Positions 30,088 through 42,900 of a DNA stretch of 64,000 bases are shown here, piece after piece. The position numbers were made by a program, and so were the translations under genes. Below the pieces are notes generated by a model that was not told the origin of the DNA, ran no database searches, and saw only the letters and a list, made by a program, of their open reading frames with translations. Source of the stretch: Paraspadella gotoi (taxonomy: Eukaryota; Animalia; Chaetognatha); the NCBI GenBank assembly GCA_051294375.1, contig JBJCIZ010000239.1, positions 2,865,476 to 2,929,475 of the forward strand. Reading direction: 5' to 3'. Positions within the stretch are counted from its first letter, which is position 1, and every line of letters begins with the position of its first letter.

Positions 30088-33000
30088 TTACTCGAATGTA
30101 TTCAGCAAAGAGGGTTCTAGAGAAATGTTGAAATCGAGAAGCGAGCAAAGAATCTGGATGATGAATGTGACGCGTTGGGGATCGCGAAGCAAGGCCGTCG
30201 ACTCGTACATGGTCGCCGTCACCGAGGAATTGGCCACGAGTGGAATCCATTGATGCAGTAAGTGATCTCTAAATGATAAAACAAACAAACGAACCAAAAA
30301 AATAATTAAGGAACGAATCCGAACAAAACAAACCAAATAAAAAAATCGTCAACTTACCTCGCCCCGATGCACATGAGTTGCTGGAATTTTCCGTCTTTCC
30401 CAATGGAGGCCATGCCGGCGATTCTGCCGACGGCGCGACAGAGGCACTGTTGAGCGATTTGGAGTTCGGCAGGGCCGGCGCGCTGACCGTGAACGTGCGG
30501 AGCCACCGACGCCGCCAGCGTCTCCAGTTGCATCTTGACTTTTTCGAAAACGTCCCAGACGTAGACCTTTCTCATCGGAATACGGGACGATCTGAGGCCA
30601 GATTGAAAAAGCATTTCTAGACACGGGATGAGCCCATCCTCGCTGCACAGAAGGTGAGTCAGGGAGGTGGACGAGGTGGCGGTGCCAAGGCCGTTTCCGC
30701 GTATGATGCTGCCGCCGCCGGGACCAACTCCGCGACCGCCGCCTTGGAGTTCCATCTTGTGAAAGTACTGCAATGTGATAATAAGGACAACCAGTTTCAA
30801 TTTCGTTCTTTCGTTAAAAGTGAACAACATTGCTCAACATTGCTTAACAACCTTGATAATATTGTTGCACGCATCGCCGAGCCATTCTTCTATCTCTTGG
30901 TTGGTGAGCGGGACGCCTCCACCGAACCCACTGGCGTTTCTTAAAGACGCCACTACTGACGCCGCACTGACGTTTGTGACAACCTCTCCGAAGCTTCCGG
31001 TGGGTACATATTCGACGCCTGGTATATTTAATAAATCATGTTTTAAGTTGGGGTAATAATATATAATATAATAGGAAATTTTGCATAACTCAACAAGACC
31101 GACCTGGAGATCTTCCACCCGATCTTCCGACCGAGGGGCTTCTGGCTCTGGGCGAGGCTTTGCAAGTGGAGAATAGCTCTTCTTCCTTGACGGAGTGAGG
31201 GACGAGGTCTCCGACCAAAAGGCGTTCGGTGCTGCCATCGTCGACGCCTTTGCCCAACCAGCGACCGCAGGGAAACTTAAATACGTGTCCTGAATGAATT
31301 ACGGAAACAAACACGAGTCAGTGACAGTTTAAACTTTAATGTCGATATTAAAATTAACACATCTACCCGTGATTTCATTCCTGACGAGCACATGTTCCAG
31401 CTGGCACCGCGGCGCCATACCGGAATTGTCGTGGCCGATTCTCAGCGACGTGAGGATCCCGAGATTTTTGTGGCGAAACTGAAGTTCGAGCGAACCGCGA
31501 GGAACGGGAAGGATACCCGTGTCTCCCAGCGTTCCTGAGAATGGGAATTAGAGACCCCGAGGTCATAAGATTTTTTTTTTATTTGTCTATAATTTTATTT
31601 TAACACTGCGGCATTTTATATTTTATATTTTTTTATTTTCATTTGATTACCCTTCTTAAAATTGAAATAGTTATCACTTTAACTAACCCGAAACGCAAAC
31701 GTAAATATTTGCGGAAGTTGAAGAAGCGTGGAATTTTCGCGAAGGAAAAATGACGAGGCGGTAAGTGACAAAGGTGGACGTGAAAGTATTCGTGAAGCAA
31801 AAGAAGTCGACGGCGTTGAGTGAAAGGAGATGGAATAATAGTTGCTCCCTTTCGTCCTAAAAACAAAAAAAAAAAATAACAAATGCAAAAAAAAAAAAAA
31901 AGTTGCTAAGACGACGATCCTATTCACGAATTATCGACCTCGCTGCGTAGAAAGGCGTATCTTTTGTAGAGCCTTTGCAGTAGAGTTTCGTGATCAGCCT
32001 GCGGCGGGGCTTGCCCGAATACCGCGGCGCTTCCTTTCGATGCCGGTTTCGGTTCGAACGAGAGGCGTTCCCGAATGCCGAGCCCCCTGACATCAGTGCT
32101 TTGAGATGGGACGAAAGTAGTTTTTTTTCCAGCGCTAGACGAACCCATGCGCGGGCAAAACCTTTCGGGGAACGAAGGGAAATAATTTTGAGATAAAATG
32201 TCCAAAATTTAATTGGAATAAAAATGAATCCGTACCGATTTCAGTCCTAATTTCGCTCATGCCCTGAACGTTGAGCATATCGGCTTCCAAAGTGTTGGGC
32301 AAGGGCCGCCATCCGAAGACTTCGGTTGAGGCACTGCGGCTGCTGGCGCGAGCACGTCGACTATTACGAGGCGTCGTCGATGTTCCGCTTACAATAGATG
32401 GAGAGGCGCCGCGGTGATATCCAGACGAAGATCCTCGCTGAGTGTCCGGCTGTAAAAATGTATACTTTAATGTCATTTGCATATTGCAGTAATCTAAAGA
32501 AACTTCAACCCTTTAGGTATACGGCTTTATTTCGAAACATCAATTTAAATTTGGTCAATGTAAACGATATAAGAATACATAGATTATGTATAATTTTCAT
32601 CATAATGATAAATTTTTTATCTGACGAATGATCGATAAAGTACTTTGTCATTAAATTTAAACGATTCTTTCACGAGCTTCTTAAACGAAAGAAACAAAAA
32701 GAGTTTTACAAGGTTATTAACTAAGAGGGACCAGCTCTCATGTGATTTCGCTGTTAGGTTGCTTTCCCAATCCAACCTACTCAACGCAACCAAATCCTCT
32801 TAGAGGGCTCTCCATGAAGGCAACTGTGGTGTTAAAGTAGTCGTTCCTCTAATTTTTATCTAAAAGAATAATTAATGTGTGTCTTAATTGAAAGCTTGCG
32901 GTGTCTCGCTATCTTGGAAAACTGATGGAGGCCTTAACACAAGATAGATTGTGTTTAAACTGTGTTCTATCAATTTAATATCATGTACAACCTGTCCAGT

Positions 33001-36000
33001 AGGCGTTCCATCTCTCGACGGTCCGCCATAAAAGACCGGAGAGTACGGGGGCTTGTCGGATGCTGGCGACGAATGGGCGGAAGTCGGAGCCGAGGCGCAA
33101 GTTCGATGGGGAGGCGGTGCGTACCCGGCTGGGGACATTAGCGGCGGCACCTTGGGACGCGGACTGCGGCGGCGTCGAGCGGAGCGATGGCTTCCGCTGC
33201 CAACCGAACTCCCATCCGCACTGGGTGGGTCCATATCAGTCGAGTGAAACTCGGGATCTTCCACGGTGGATCGACGCATCTCTTGAAAGGCTAATAGATG
33301 TGACCACAGCGCAGATTTGCCGTGCTTCGTCTAAGTTTGAGAAAAAAAAAAGAAGCTCACCCTTAACCAAAATTTCATTGATTTATACGTAGTAGAAAAG
33401 AAGGTAACATAGTTTTGACGTCACATTAAAAAAGAAACTAACCTGAAGCCCATGACTCCAAATCCGCTCGAGCAAATCGCAAAGGGCAACGATGAGCGTG
33501 TTTTCTTCAACTCCGGTGAGGCTTACGTCACCGTGACCCAACTCCACTGCCTCGTGTCCCATTTTGGCCACAAGCATTCTCTTCGTTTTAGCCTAAGTCC
33601 AAAAATGATGGGAAGCTCCAGAATAAATAAATAAAAAGAAAATAAAGAGGAATCGAAAGGAAGCCCACCTTGGCTTCTTTTAAAAGAGTTTCTACGAATT
33701 TCCAGTTGGTCTGCGCGATGACGGCCGGTGAAAGATCGGACAGCTTGGGGTTCTGTGAGGCATACTTGATGGGATCCCTAGCTCCGGGGGCCGCCTTCAC
33801 GCGGGCCTCGCTCACGTACTTTTCACGTTGGTCCAAAGTCAACTGCAGGTGCTCGCTGTGTTGCATCTGTCGATCCTTACGACGCCATTTCGCGCTGTCC
33901 CTCCTTCGATGAAAGAGATACGAATTCGTTCAAGTTCGGACGATCGAATCGACTAATAATTAAGTCTTTACCAAGTCCTTACCTCTTTGGTTTGTGATGA
34001 GGCAGCGCGAGATGATAAGAGGGATCGTGACCACGCGGGTCGACGAGCGATGAGTTGACGGAGGAAAAATCTCGTACGACGAACGTGTCCGGATTCAAGT
34101 TAGGGAAAAAACTGTTCAAAAAAAATTAAAAAATAAAAAAATAAACCGCTCAAGCTCATGAAGCGGGATCCTAATTTTTATTTCTAGTTTTCTGTATGTA
34201 TACGTATACTTTTAAAATTATATCTTATACCTATTTTTGCAAAATCTCACAATTACCCTTTTTCGTGCTGCGTCGAAATCAAAGGCAACTCAGTCAGTTC
34301 GTCGCCTACGATGATTTGCTCCCTTCTTTCCAACCAGGGAAGGATGCGGGGTTTGGGCGCCACGTGATTAATGACGTCGGCGCGCTTTTCGACCGGAAGT
34401 TCCGTTTCCAGGATGCAGGTGCACGGCTCGTATCGAGAAGCGCGAATCTGTTCTTCGCCCAGTTGATCGCGAATCACCTTGATTCTGCGTCGAGGGATTT
34501 GGCGGGGGAGGGGGTGGGGGATTGGTCGACGCGGAGATAAATTTATTCGTTCATTCTCCGTCAACCACGTTAAAATAATAAATCATTCCCAGATTGTACC
34601 TCGCGTCAAAAATAACTAAGAAAGGATCGGGCGTCAGCTGCGACTGTTGTATCTCCGACTGAATCCACTGCATCATTATTTTGTTGTCGATCAAAGTGGT
34701 GAACATTTGAGTCTCGATGAAGCGAGATAAGAACGGAAGAACCTTCATNNNNNNNNNNNNNNNNNNNNNNNNTCAATATGAACAACGGATCAAGGTTTCG
34801 CCAAAACGTAAATTATCTTCGCAAAAAACTGATTCGAAAAAGTAATTTAGAATTTCTCTTTAATTGCCTTTCAAGTCCTTTAACCACTCATGAGCAATTG
34901 CTAATTAGTACCTGCTGCGGTTGATCCGACAAAAAGGCGGTCTTGTCAAAATTTTGCATCTGATCTCTGTTGCTCAACCAAGTTTCGAAATCGTTGACGG
35001 CTTCTTCGTTTCCCGGATGAATGACGAAGTTCTCGTAGGTTCTGTAATATAATTTGATGGTTGTACCAATTTCATAATAATATAATATATATATATACAA
35101 TATAATAATAATAATATAGCGATAAACGGTTACCTAAAGAGATGCACGAAACGATTGAAGAAAATCTGCCTGACGGCGTTGTTGACTCGAAGCTCCCGCA
35201 ATTGCGACAAGGGCCAATCGCTGCTGATGATCGCCTTCCGTCGAAGAGGTGGCGCCTCTGCGGGACATTCCTCGACGTCTTGGAGGCCTGGGGAAGATGT
35301 GGCGGGAAAATACGAAGTGGAAAATTTCAAAATGACGATGAAGATAATTATCCTGAGAGTGAAAACTACGAGATAAAATTCTCACCTTCGGGATAACTGA
35401 GATCTTTGACGAGTTTATTTTTGTCCAGATCGAAATCGGACAAAACTCCGGCTCGTTTGACGATCGCCGTGATCCGCGCCATTGCTTCGCTCTTTTCCAA
35501 GACTTCGACGCGTTGCTACGAAAAACCAAAAACCATTTTTTTGGGTTTTTTTTTTAATTACTAATTATTGTTGACATAAGATATTTTTGCAACCATTCCC
35601 GCAATTATTTGTTTGCTCCGTTTTCTTTTCAGAAAAAAAAGAATAATTACAATAAATCATAACGAATTCAATTCTTGCGAAGTACGAATAGACTTTCCGG
35701 TCTATCACCTGCTGCTGCGGCGTGAGATTTTGTCTCGACAGTCTGCCTGAGATCATTCTGGGAGAAGGAGTGTTGCCTCGCGAGTCTTGCCACGCCCCTT
35801 CCGGGTGATTCTCGTCGGAAAGGGAGGCCGTCCACACCTGATTCTTCAAGTCGTTGGTGGACTTGGAACCAAGTCTATAGGCTTCGGTGAGCTGAGACGG
35901 ATGATTGCGTTGCTGGCGGTGACTGTTGCTTGAGTATTGATCGGGGTCATGGACGTGTCCGGAGCCGTCATCGGAAGGGCGCGGAGAGAAGACGTTCCCC

Positions 36001-38959
36001 TCGGAATCTCGCGGACCCGAAGTTTGAGGAAGATGGGAATTGTTGTTTTCGTTTTCGGGCTCCGCCCACTGAGGCAGGAATTAGAAAGAGAAGTAAACTT
36101 GATTGATTAATTACTTATTTAATAATAATAATAATCTTTATGAAAACTTAATCATTACAACACTCAACAATAAGAAACCTCGAGAGTGACGTCGAACTGT
36201 CGAAAGGCTTCTTGAATCTCACGGAGGAAGTGATATTGATCGGGAAAAACGGGGAGGTCCTCTGGAATGTTGACGGATCTTTGATCGATGTCCACGAAGC
36301 ACATGGAAGCTTCTTGAGGCAAATCTTGCAAGGGTCCTCGGTCGTCATCGTGCAATCCGTCCCCCTATCGACGAAATGCGGGGTTTTTTTGCGACATTAT
36401 TTCGGAAGAGTTTCGTGACTAAGAATCCTCGCATCTCACAACCCCACTTACTGAGGGCAAGTATGTTTAAATCAAACCTTTTTATGTCCCCTCAATCCCA
36501 TGATGAAAGGAACGGGAGCGTCGAGAAAATGATGAAGCGATGCGGGAAGTATAGGGACGTAGACGTGTTGCCATGTGAACGGGAACAACAATGCGCAGAT
36601 TCCTGAAGAATTACTCATTAGTAATCCGATGCACTTTCAGAGAAACCAGAAATCATCAGAATTGACTTACCTTCGGCTACCAGCATGAGTCGTTGGTAAT
36701 CAGTTGAATGAAGAAGAATTTGTGTCTCTAAGCAGGCGCACGTAAATAGCTGATGCAAGAGTTATATTTTGGTGCTTGTTTAATATGAAATTGGTACAAC
36801 CAATATATTTTTTTTCTAAACTTGACCCTACTACGTACATTTAAAACTATTTATAAAGTGGTTAAACGAAGGTATATATTTCATGATCCATTGAAACCAT
36901 TGAAAATATAATTCGATGACAATGACTTACTTGGACTAGATTCTCCATGCCGAGCATAAGGAACAACTGTGTAAATGATAAGTCAAAAAGCGGCAACTCG
37001 GCCGAGCTGGGCCTTTGGCAAAAAATGGGTTTGGTAACGGAAAAGAATTTCATGGATCTCCCTGGAGGCGGTAGCGGAACCTGGTAGGGGGGGATATATT
37101 GGGCTATAGAATTAAGACAAAATATTCCCGTTTTACTTTATCAAAATTTTGATAGACTTGCCTCAAATAAAGCGTTATAAACGTAAGACTCGATGGGGAG
37201 TTTAGGGGGAGCGTCGTTGAGGATGGACGAGTGAATTTGTTCTAGGATGGAGCGACAGGCGTTGAAAAAAGGGAGTTGAGTGATAAGGCAAATGGTTTTA
37301 GTAACGAAGAGTTTGTCAGATTTTGCGTCGTATTCGATCAAACTGTCCTCGAGATGGCCTGTGGAAATAAAAAGGTTAACTTTGTTAATCCTAATAAAGT
37401 TGGTTTTTACCGACTGTGGTTTTTACAAGAGCGCTATTAATAGTGCCCACCCAGCAATTTTCCCACGTCGTAGAGATCGGAGTCGACATCTCGCGCGGGT
37501 TCACTTTCCGCGCCACTGGGCCGCCGACTTCGCCGACACAGCGTCGGCGGCGGAGTCCGTTCGTTGAAAGGATCGATGTTGTAGTAAAGCGTTTTGCTTT
37601 GACTGTTCGCCAATTCCGCCAGGTGCATAGCGTGCAACGTTTGCATTGCAGCGCAGATGGACCGATCGCGCACCTCCTGAGCAATGAAAAAAACGACAAT
37701 CAATGACATCACGTATATCAATCGGTGGGTGGTACTGGTAGGTTACGAGTTTTTAAATGGATTTGAACTTTTTACATAATACATTTATATATATATTATA
37801 TAACCTCTAACGCTAGGTAATTGAAAATTAGTAGTAGCATAAAAAAAAGTAATCCAATGTCCGCCTTACCTCGTAAAAAGTGATGGTGCTGCCATAAATC
37901 CTGGATCCATCCTCTTTGGTGATGAGAAACGTGTGAAAGAATGTAAAGTCTTTGTCTCGAGGCTTCGGCGACACTGAGGGCGAGTAAATTCGATCCGTGG
38001 TGAAGGACAAACCTCTGGGACAGCAGAGGAGGGCGACGCTTTTCGCGTCGAATGGGTTGTTGGGGACGCTGAAAAAAAAATTAATACGTGGCTGAAAAAG
38101 CTTCTGTTATGGTGGACTAAAATCCACCAACCGTTCATCAGCGGCCATTGGTGCCGGAGGCAAGTCATTCGCCTCCCAACCCAAAGGTCCGGGGTTCTAG
38201 CCCGGTGGTCGTCTGGCAGTTAAGAGGGACGGGGCGCTTAACCCGCCTGTAACATGGTGTTACAGCCTGATCCGAAGCTCAGGGACTGCTTATATTGAAC
38301 GGTTCTGTCATTAACACTTATAGCTTATTTATTAAGTGAAAGTTTTATATTGGACCAATTTCATAAAATTCAGCTCCTTGTGTTTTGATGCTGGGTGGAG
38401 CACAATATTGTATTGCCTATCTAATACTTAAGGGAGTGGTCTTTTCTTTTGAAACTTTCACTTCATTGATAGGGAAGCTAGGCAGTCTGAGAGTGAATAA
38501 ACGAGACTGAGAGAGTCGTGATTAAAAGCTTTTTTGTTCCTTACATTGCTATTTCATTATCTTGTAAGACTAACAGTGAAGGAGGCCTTAATCCACTAAA
38601 GCCTGTCCAAAGTCGGGGACAAGATAGCTTATTTATTAAATGAATGGATAAGTTTTATATTGGTTGTACCAATTTCATTTTATATAATAATAATAATATA
38701 ATGGGCTCTCTAAAGCCGTCCACTAAAACAGTCACCGCAACGATCTCTCTCCAGATTTTAAGTACCTCTCGGGAAAGTGATTGAGGACGGCACATTTGTA
38801 AGGTCTGGAGAGCGGCGCCACGTGGAGGTTGTCCCCGCTGAGCGTGTCGGGTTCGAGGCCGGAGGAGAGGTCGAGGCCGACAACGGCGAAATAGTCGGCG
38901 AAGCGGGCCGACGCGCCCGACGTCGTCGCTCCGCCACCGTCTCCGCAAGTCGCCGTCAT
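30088..38959 (-). CDS. DENND5: DENND5/Rab6IP1 (DENN, RUN, PLAT, RUN); about 20 exons, one apparent frameshift near 32085, N-gap 34749-34772
   Basis: [152 protein letters not shown]. Confidence 0.95.
37081..37161 (-). other. GC-AG intron in DENND5
   Basis: GAG|GCAAGT...TACCAG|GTT joins YNALFE to [12 protein letters not shown]. Confidence 0.8.
38141..38212 (+). mobile_element. tRNA-derived (SINE-like) head with Pol III A/B boxes
   Basis: Acceptor-like stem GCGGCCAT/GTGGTCGT, A-box-like TGGTGCCGGAGG, loop CT-CCC-AA (Gly-like) on a degenerate anticodon stem, T-arm CCGGG-GTTCTAG-CCCGG with B-box-like GGTTCTAGCCC. Confidence 0.7.
38216..38289 (+). ncRNA. Twister ribozyme-like fold, P5 permutation
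   Basis: P5 GCAGT/ACTGC; GA-CGG; U^AA at 38239-38241; short P2; GC; P3 CTGTAAC/GTTACAG; P4 CCTGA/TCAGG closing loop TCCGAAGC. Pseudoknots CCG:CGG and GC:GC are both complementary. Confidence 0.75.
38429..38678. repeat. Dispersed repeat family A, copy 3
   Basis: Aligns with 692-950 from TAAG.GAGTGGTCTTTTC to TATATTGGTTGTACCAATTTCAT. Confidence 0.9.
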
Positions 38960-39911
38960 CGCCTCCGAGTCCCGTGGATGACGAGGGGTCGGCACCGATC
39001 CGCGTCCGGGAGGAGAGTCATTGTTCGGAGTCGCGAACAGTTTGAATGGTTCATCCCCATCATCGAATCATTTTCTTAGAAATGAATTATGAAATAAAAT
39101 TCAAAGGTGGTAAAAAGTAGTCGAGAGTCGTAATTCGAACAAAAATGTAAAGAAGCTCGTTACAATAAAAAAAAAAAAAAATCAAAGAATATATATATAT
39201 AAAAAAAAATATTTTGGTATCAACGGCTAAAATTATAGAATAAATAAGATTCAAAATCAACAACCCTACTCTCAAATCAATGTTTCAAACAAAAAATCTT
39301 AAATATAGGATTTTTGCTTAATCTTCTCTTAATGAAAATATTATTATGAGGGGAAAAAAACCAACTTATATTTAACTATTTTATTCATACTTCATTCACA
39401 TCGTTTAAGGGTAAATAATTAATGATTCACTACTTAACTTCAAGCTAATATATTTTTGAATAGGAAACAAACTTTAATTTCGAAGGGAATCTTAACAAAT
39501 TTCAAAACTTCGAAAATTCTGAGATCATTAATCGAGCACCACATAATTATTCACCAATTCGGGTGAATCAAAAATGAGACCGACGCAAATTCTATATCCC
39601 AATATTCTTCTTTTTTTTCGATGAGCATACTATGGCACATTAACACTCTTTGTTAACGCTAACAAAGTGAAAAAAAAAGCAACCTCATAACAAATGTAAT
39701 AATGTCTGTAAAAATAATTACGGTTTTGACAGATCTACGTCTCGTGTAAGTCAATCGGCATGATTTAAGTTCAATTGTGTTTTTAAACAAACGTCCATGC
39801 ACTGGTGCAAGTATTATAATTGTATTAGAAGAATTAATGAGAGCGGCGCAATGCAATAACGACGAGAAAAGACTTCTTTTCTTCGCCCCCCGAAAAAAAA
39901 AATTTGAGAGT

Positions 39912-42900
39912 TCAGAAGATTCCAGACCCTCCGATATTTTGATTATTAATCCCGTGGTTCGGCTGAGGCTGATAGTTTTGGGAAAATTCGGTCGATGGAA
40001 CAGCAGGAGGAACGCTGGCGGCAGGATTATACGACGTTGCTCTGAGAAGTATTAGAAACAATAAATATAAATGCAAAACTCCTAAAAGGAATAGGTACCC
40101 TCGCAATATAGTATTTAAAAATTGGGTAAAAACTGTTCCAAAAACCTCACCCCATGTAATCGGACTTGCAATTTGTTGCGTCGAAGGACGGAGGGTAAAA
40201 GGAATTCGGCATCGGACCTCGTGGATAATTCTGGGAAAAAAGTAATAAACATATTTAGCTTAATCATTAATAGCAGCTATTTTGCTTTAAAAATCAGAAC
40301 CTCTCCTCTTACTTCAGGAGCAAAGGGAAGGTTGTAATTCGTCTGATAAGCGGAATTGCCATGCGGCATTCCGGGATTAGAGGCGAATCCCGAATATCCT
40401 TGATTCATGCCGTAAGGCGACATTCCGTTTAGCATCGGCGGTCGAATCATCCCGCCGTACATGGGACTGGCGCTGCGCTGATAATTAAGGTGAGACGGCG
40501 GAAACTGCTGCTGCATCGAAGCGGCGGCAGCTGCGGCGGAGAACATGGACGCCGGCGCCATACTCGGCGCGGGAGGTATGCCGTTGAGCGGCGGGGTAGG
40601 AACTGCTGCCGCGCTTTTCTTAGAGCTTTTTTTCTTGGGTTTCTTTCCGGCGGGAGGAAGGGCGATGGAGGGATTTTTCAACCTGTTGTTACTCGCACAG
40701 TTGTTGTTCGCTGCCAGCTCGCTTAATTTGTCCGCGGCGCTCATCGAGGTGGCGCTCATCGAGGTGGCACCCATAATTGAAGTGTTCCCTAAAATTAAAC
40801 GAAGTTAAACCTTATCATCAACACCAAAGCTTCTATAAAATAAACTATAATCAGTTCTTAAAAATGAGTAAGAAGGTTAACAATCAGAATCACCGAATCA
40901 TACTAACCAGCGGCGTTCGAGCGATTGTTTACGGGCGACGGCGGTTGGGCGATGACCATCTGCATGGCGGAAGGGGCTAATTCTGCGCCACCTTGCGTTG
41001 CCGGAGTTTTTCTGGCCAACTCCTCCAACGGACTCGATTGTGTACCGGTGAAGCTCTCGAAGGCTTTTTGGAAAGAGTTGTTCTGCGAAGATCGAGGAGA
41101 TACTGCGCCAGGATTCCCTGAGGGCTGAGGAGCGACGGACGGTCCTTGCGGCGTTGGAGCGAGGGGGTGAGCTGGACGGGGCGATGTAGAAAGATGAGGG
41201 GATCGAACTGGTTGCGGAGGGTGAGCGAGATGGGCTTGGTGGGTTTGGTACCCAATCTGCGCCTGATGGACGGGAAAGGAGGAACTTTGACCGAAATAAG
41301 TCGGATGTTTCGTTGTCTCCGCAGCAAAGTCCGAGGACGCCGAATCGGGTCGCGTGGAGGCTTCGATGTCGACGGGCGTCGGTCGCGGAGATGAGAGGCG
41401 ATTCGTCGGCTGCGTGGATTTGCTGCGAGGCGGAGGGAACGGTCGTTGGTTGGACGAGGGAAGAGAAGAGACGAGGGCGGCCGAAGACGGTCGACCGGGG
41501 ATTTCGTTCGAGTTCGACGAACGAAAATGGGATGACGACATCGAAGGATGCGTCGGAAGGGGCGATGGCGTGCAGCGAGGCGAAGGCGCTAATTGCGGGG
41601 AATTAGCCAAATTAGGCGAAGGGACCAATCTTGGCGATGGCGCGAGGTGCGGCGACGGCGACGGCGCCAAATGAGGAGATGTCAATTTGGGTGAGGGCGA
41701 GGGTGAGGTAATGAGATTTTGCGTCGCGTGAAAATTGGTCCGAGGTGAAAAGGGACAATTAGGAGACGCCGTCTGGTTCACAGAGGATAACGCGGTATTT
41801 CTAGGAGAATCGGCTCTTGGTTGAGATTGAATAGGATGGTTCCTCATCTTTGAATGGGGTCCGATCATGTTAGGATTAAGCGATTGGCTTGGATAGGAAT
41901 CACTTTTGTGCGAATCGGAAACTGCGGTAGAAATATTTGGTTGAGGATTTTGTTGCGGAATAAGTTGAGTTGGATACTGCTTTTGATGAAGCTTATTTGG
42001 AGGGTTAATTAAGGATAAGTTCTGGTGGGGCATTTGTGCGGTATTTTGATTGGGCATGGGAGCTTTTCGATGGGGCATTGGCGCACCCCCTGGGTGGGGT
42101 AATTGCGAAAAGTTTTGACTGGGCATTGCCGCAGCATTTTGATGGGCCATTTCTAAAGGATTTTGGGAATGCTTTTGAGAAGTATTTTGAAGGTTTAGCG
42201 ACGAATTCGTCCAATGGGGCATTTGCGAAATATTTTGTTGGTGTACTTGAGAGGTATTTTGATGGTCCATTTGCGAGGTTTGATGATAGGACATTGTTGA
42301 AGCATTATGATGGGACAATTGGGAAGGATTCTGATGGGGAATTTGTGAAGTATACTGATAGGGCATTTGTGAAGTACCTTGGTGGGGTATCTGGGAAATA
42401 TTTGAATGAGGAAATCCTCTCATCGGTGTCCTGGCAGGATTATCTGAAGGGCCTCGCGCAGAATTAGTGAGCATCGCAGAAGGGGAATCTCTTCCTTCCA
42501 CAGGAGAGCCAATGGAATCTGTTTTAAGATAGTCCGGAGAAGAACCAAACGGTACACCTACAGACGAAACCCCACTTTTATTAATGTACTTTCGTTTTTC
42601 CTTCGCTGCCGGCGGTTTAAGTCCATCCAAAATTGGATCACCCTTTTTCTTCTTCTTTATTCTCGAATCCAAGTTATCCGTCAGTTTAGTCTTCTCACGT
42701 TCCTCCGCGAGCAAGCTGCTTGAATCGAAGGCTTGACTCGGCGGCGGCCTCATCGCAGGTATTGGCGGCTTTGCCTGGGTAATCGGCGCCGGAGAATTTT
42801 GTATGGCCGACCAACCATCGGCGGCTCCCAAGTTGTTGGCCGAGGGATTTTTAGGATCCGGCATTTCAGCGGGAATAACTCGGGAAGGAGGAAGAGGACC

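Noticed and set aside
38141-38212. Functional tRNA-Gly(CCC) gene
   Set aside because: Anticodon stem and D-arm do not pair properly and the T-loop deviates; better treated as a SINE-type head.
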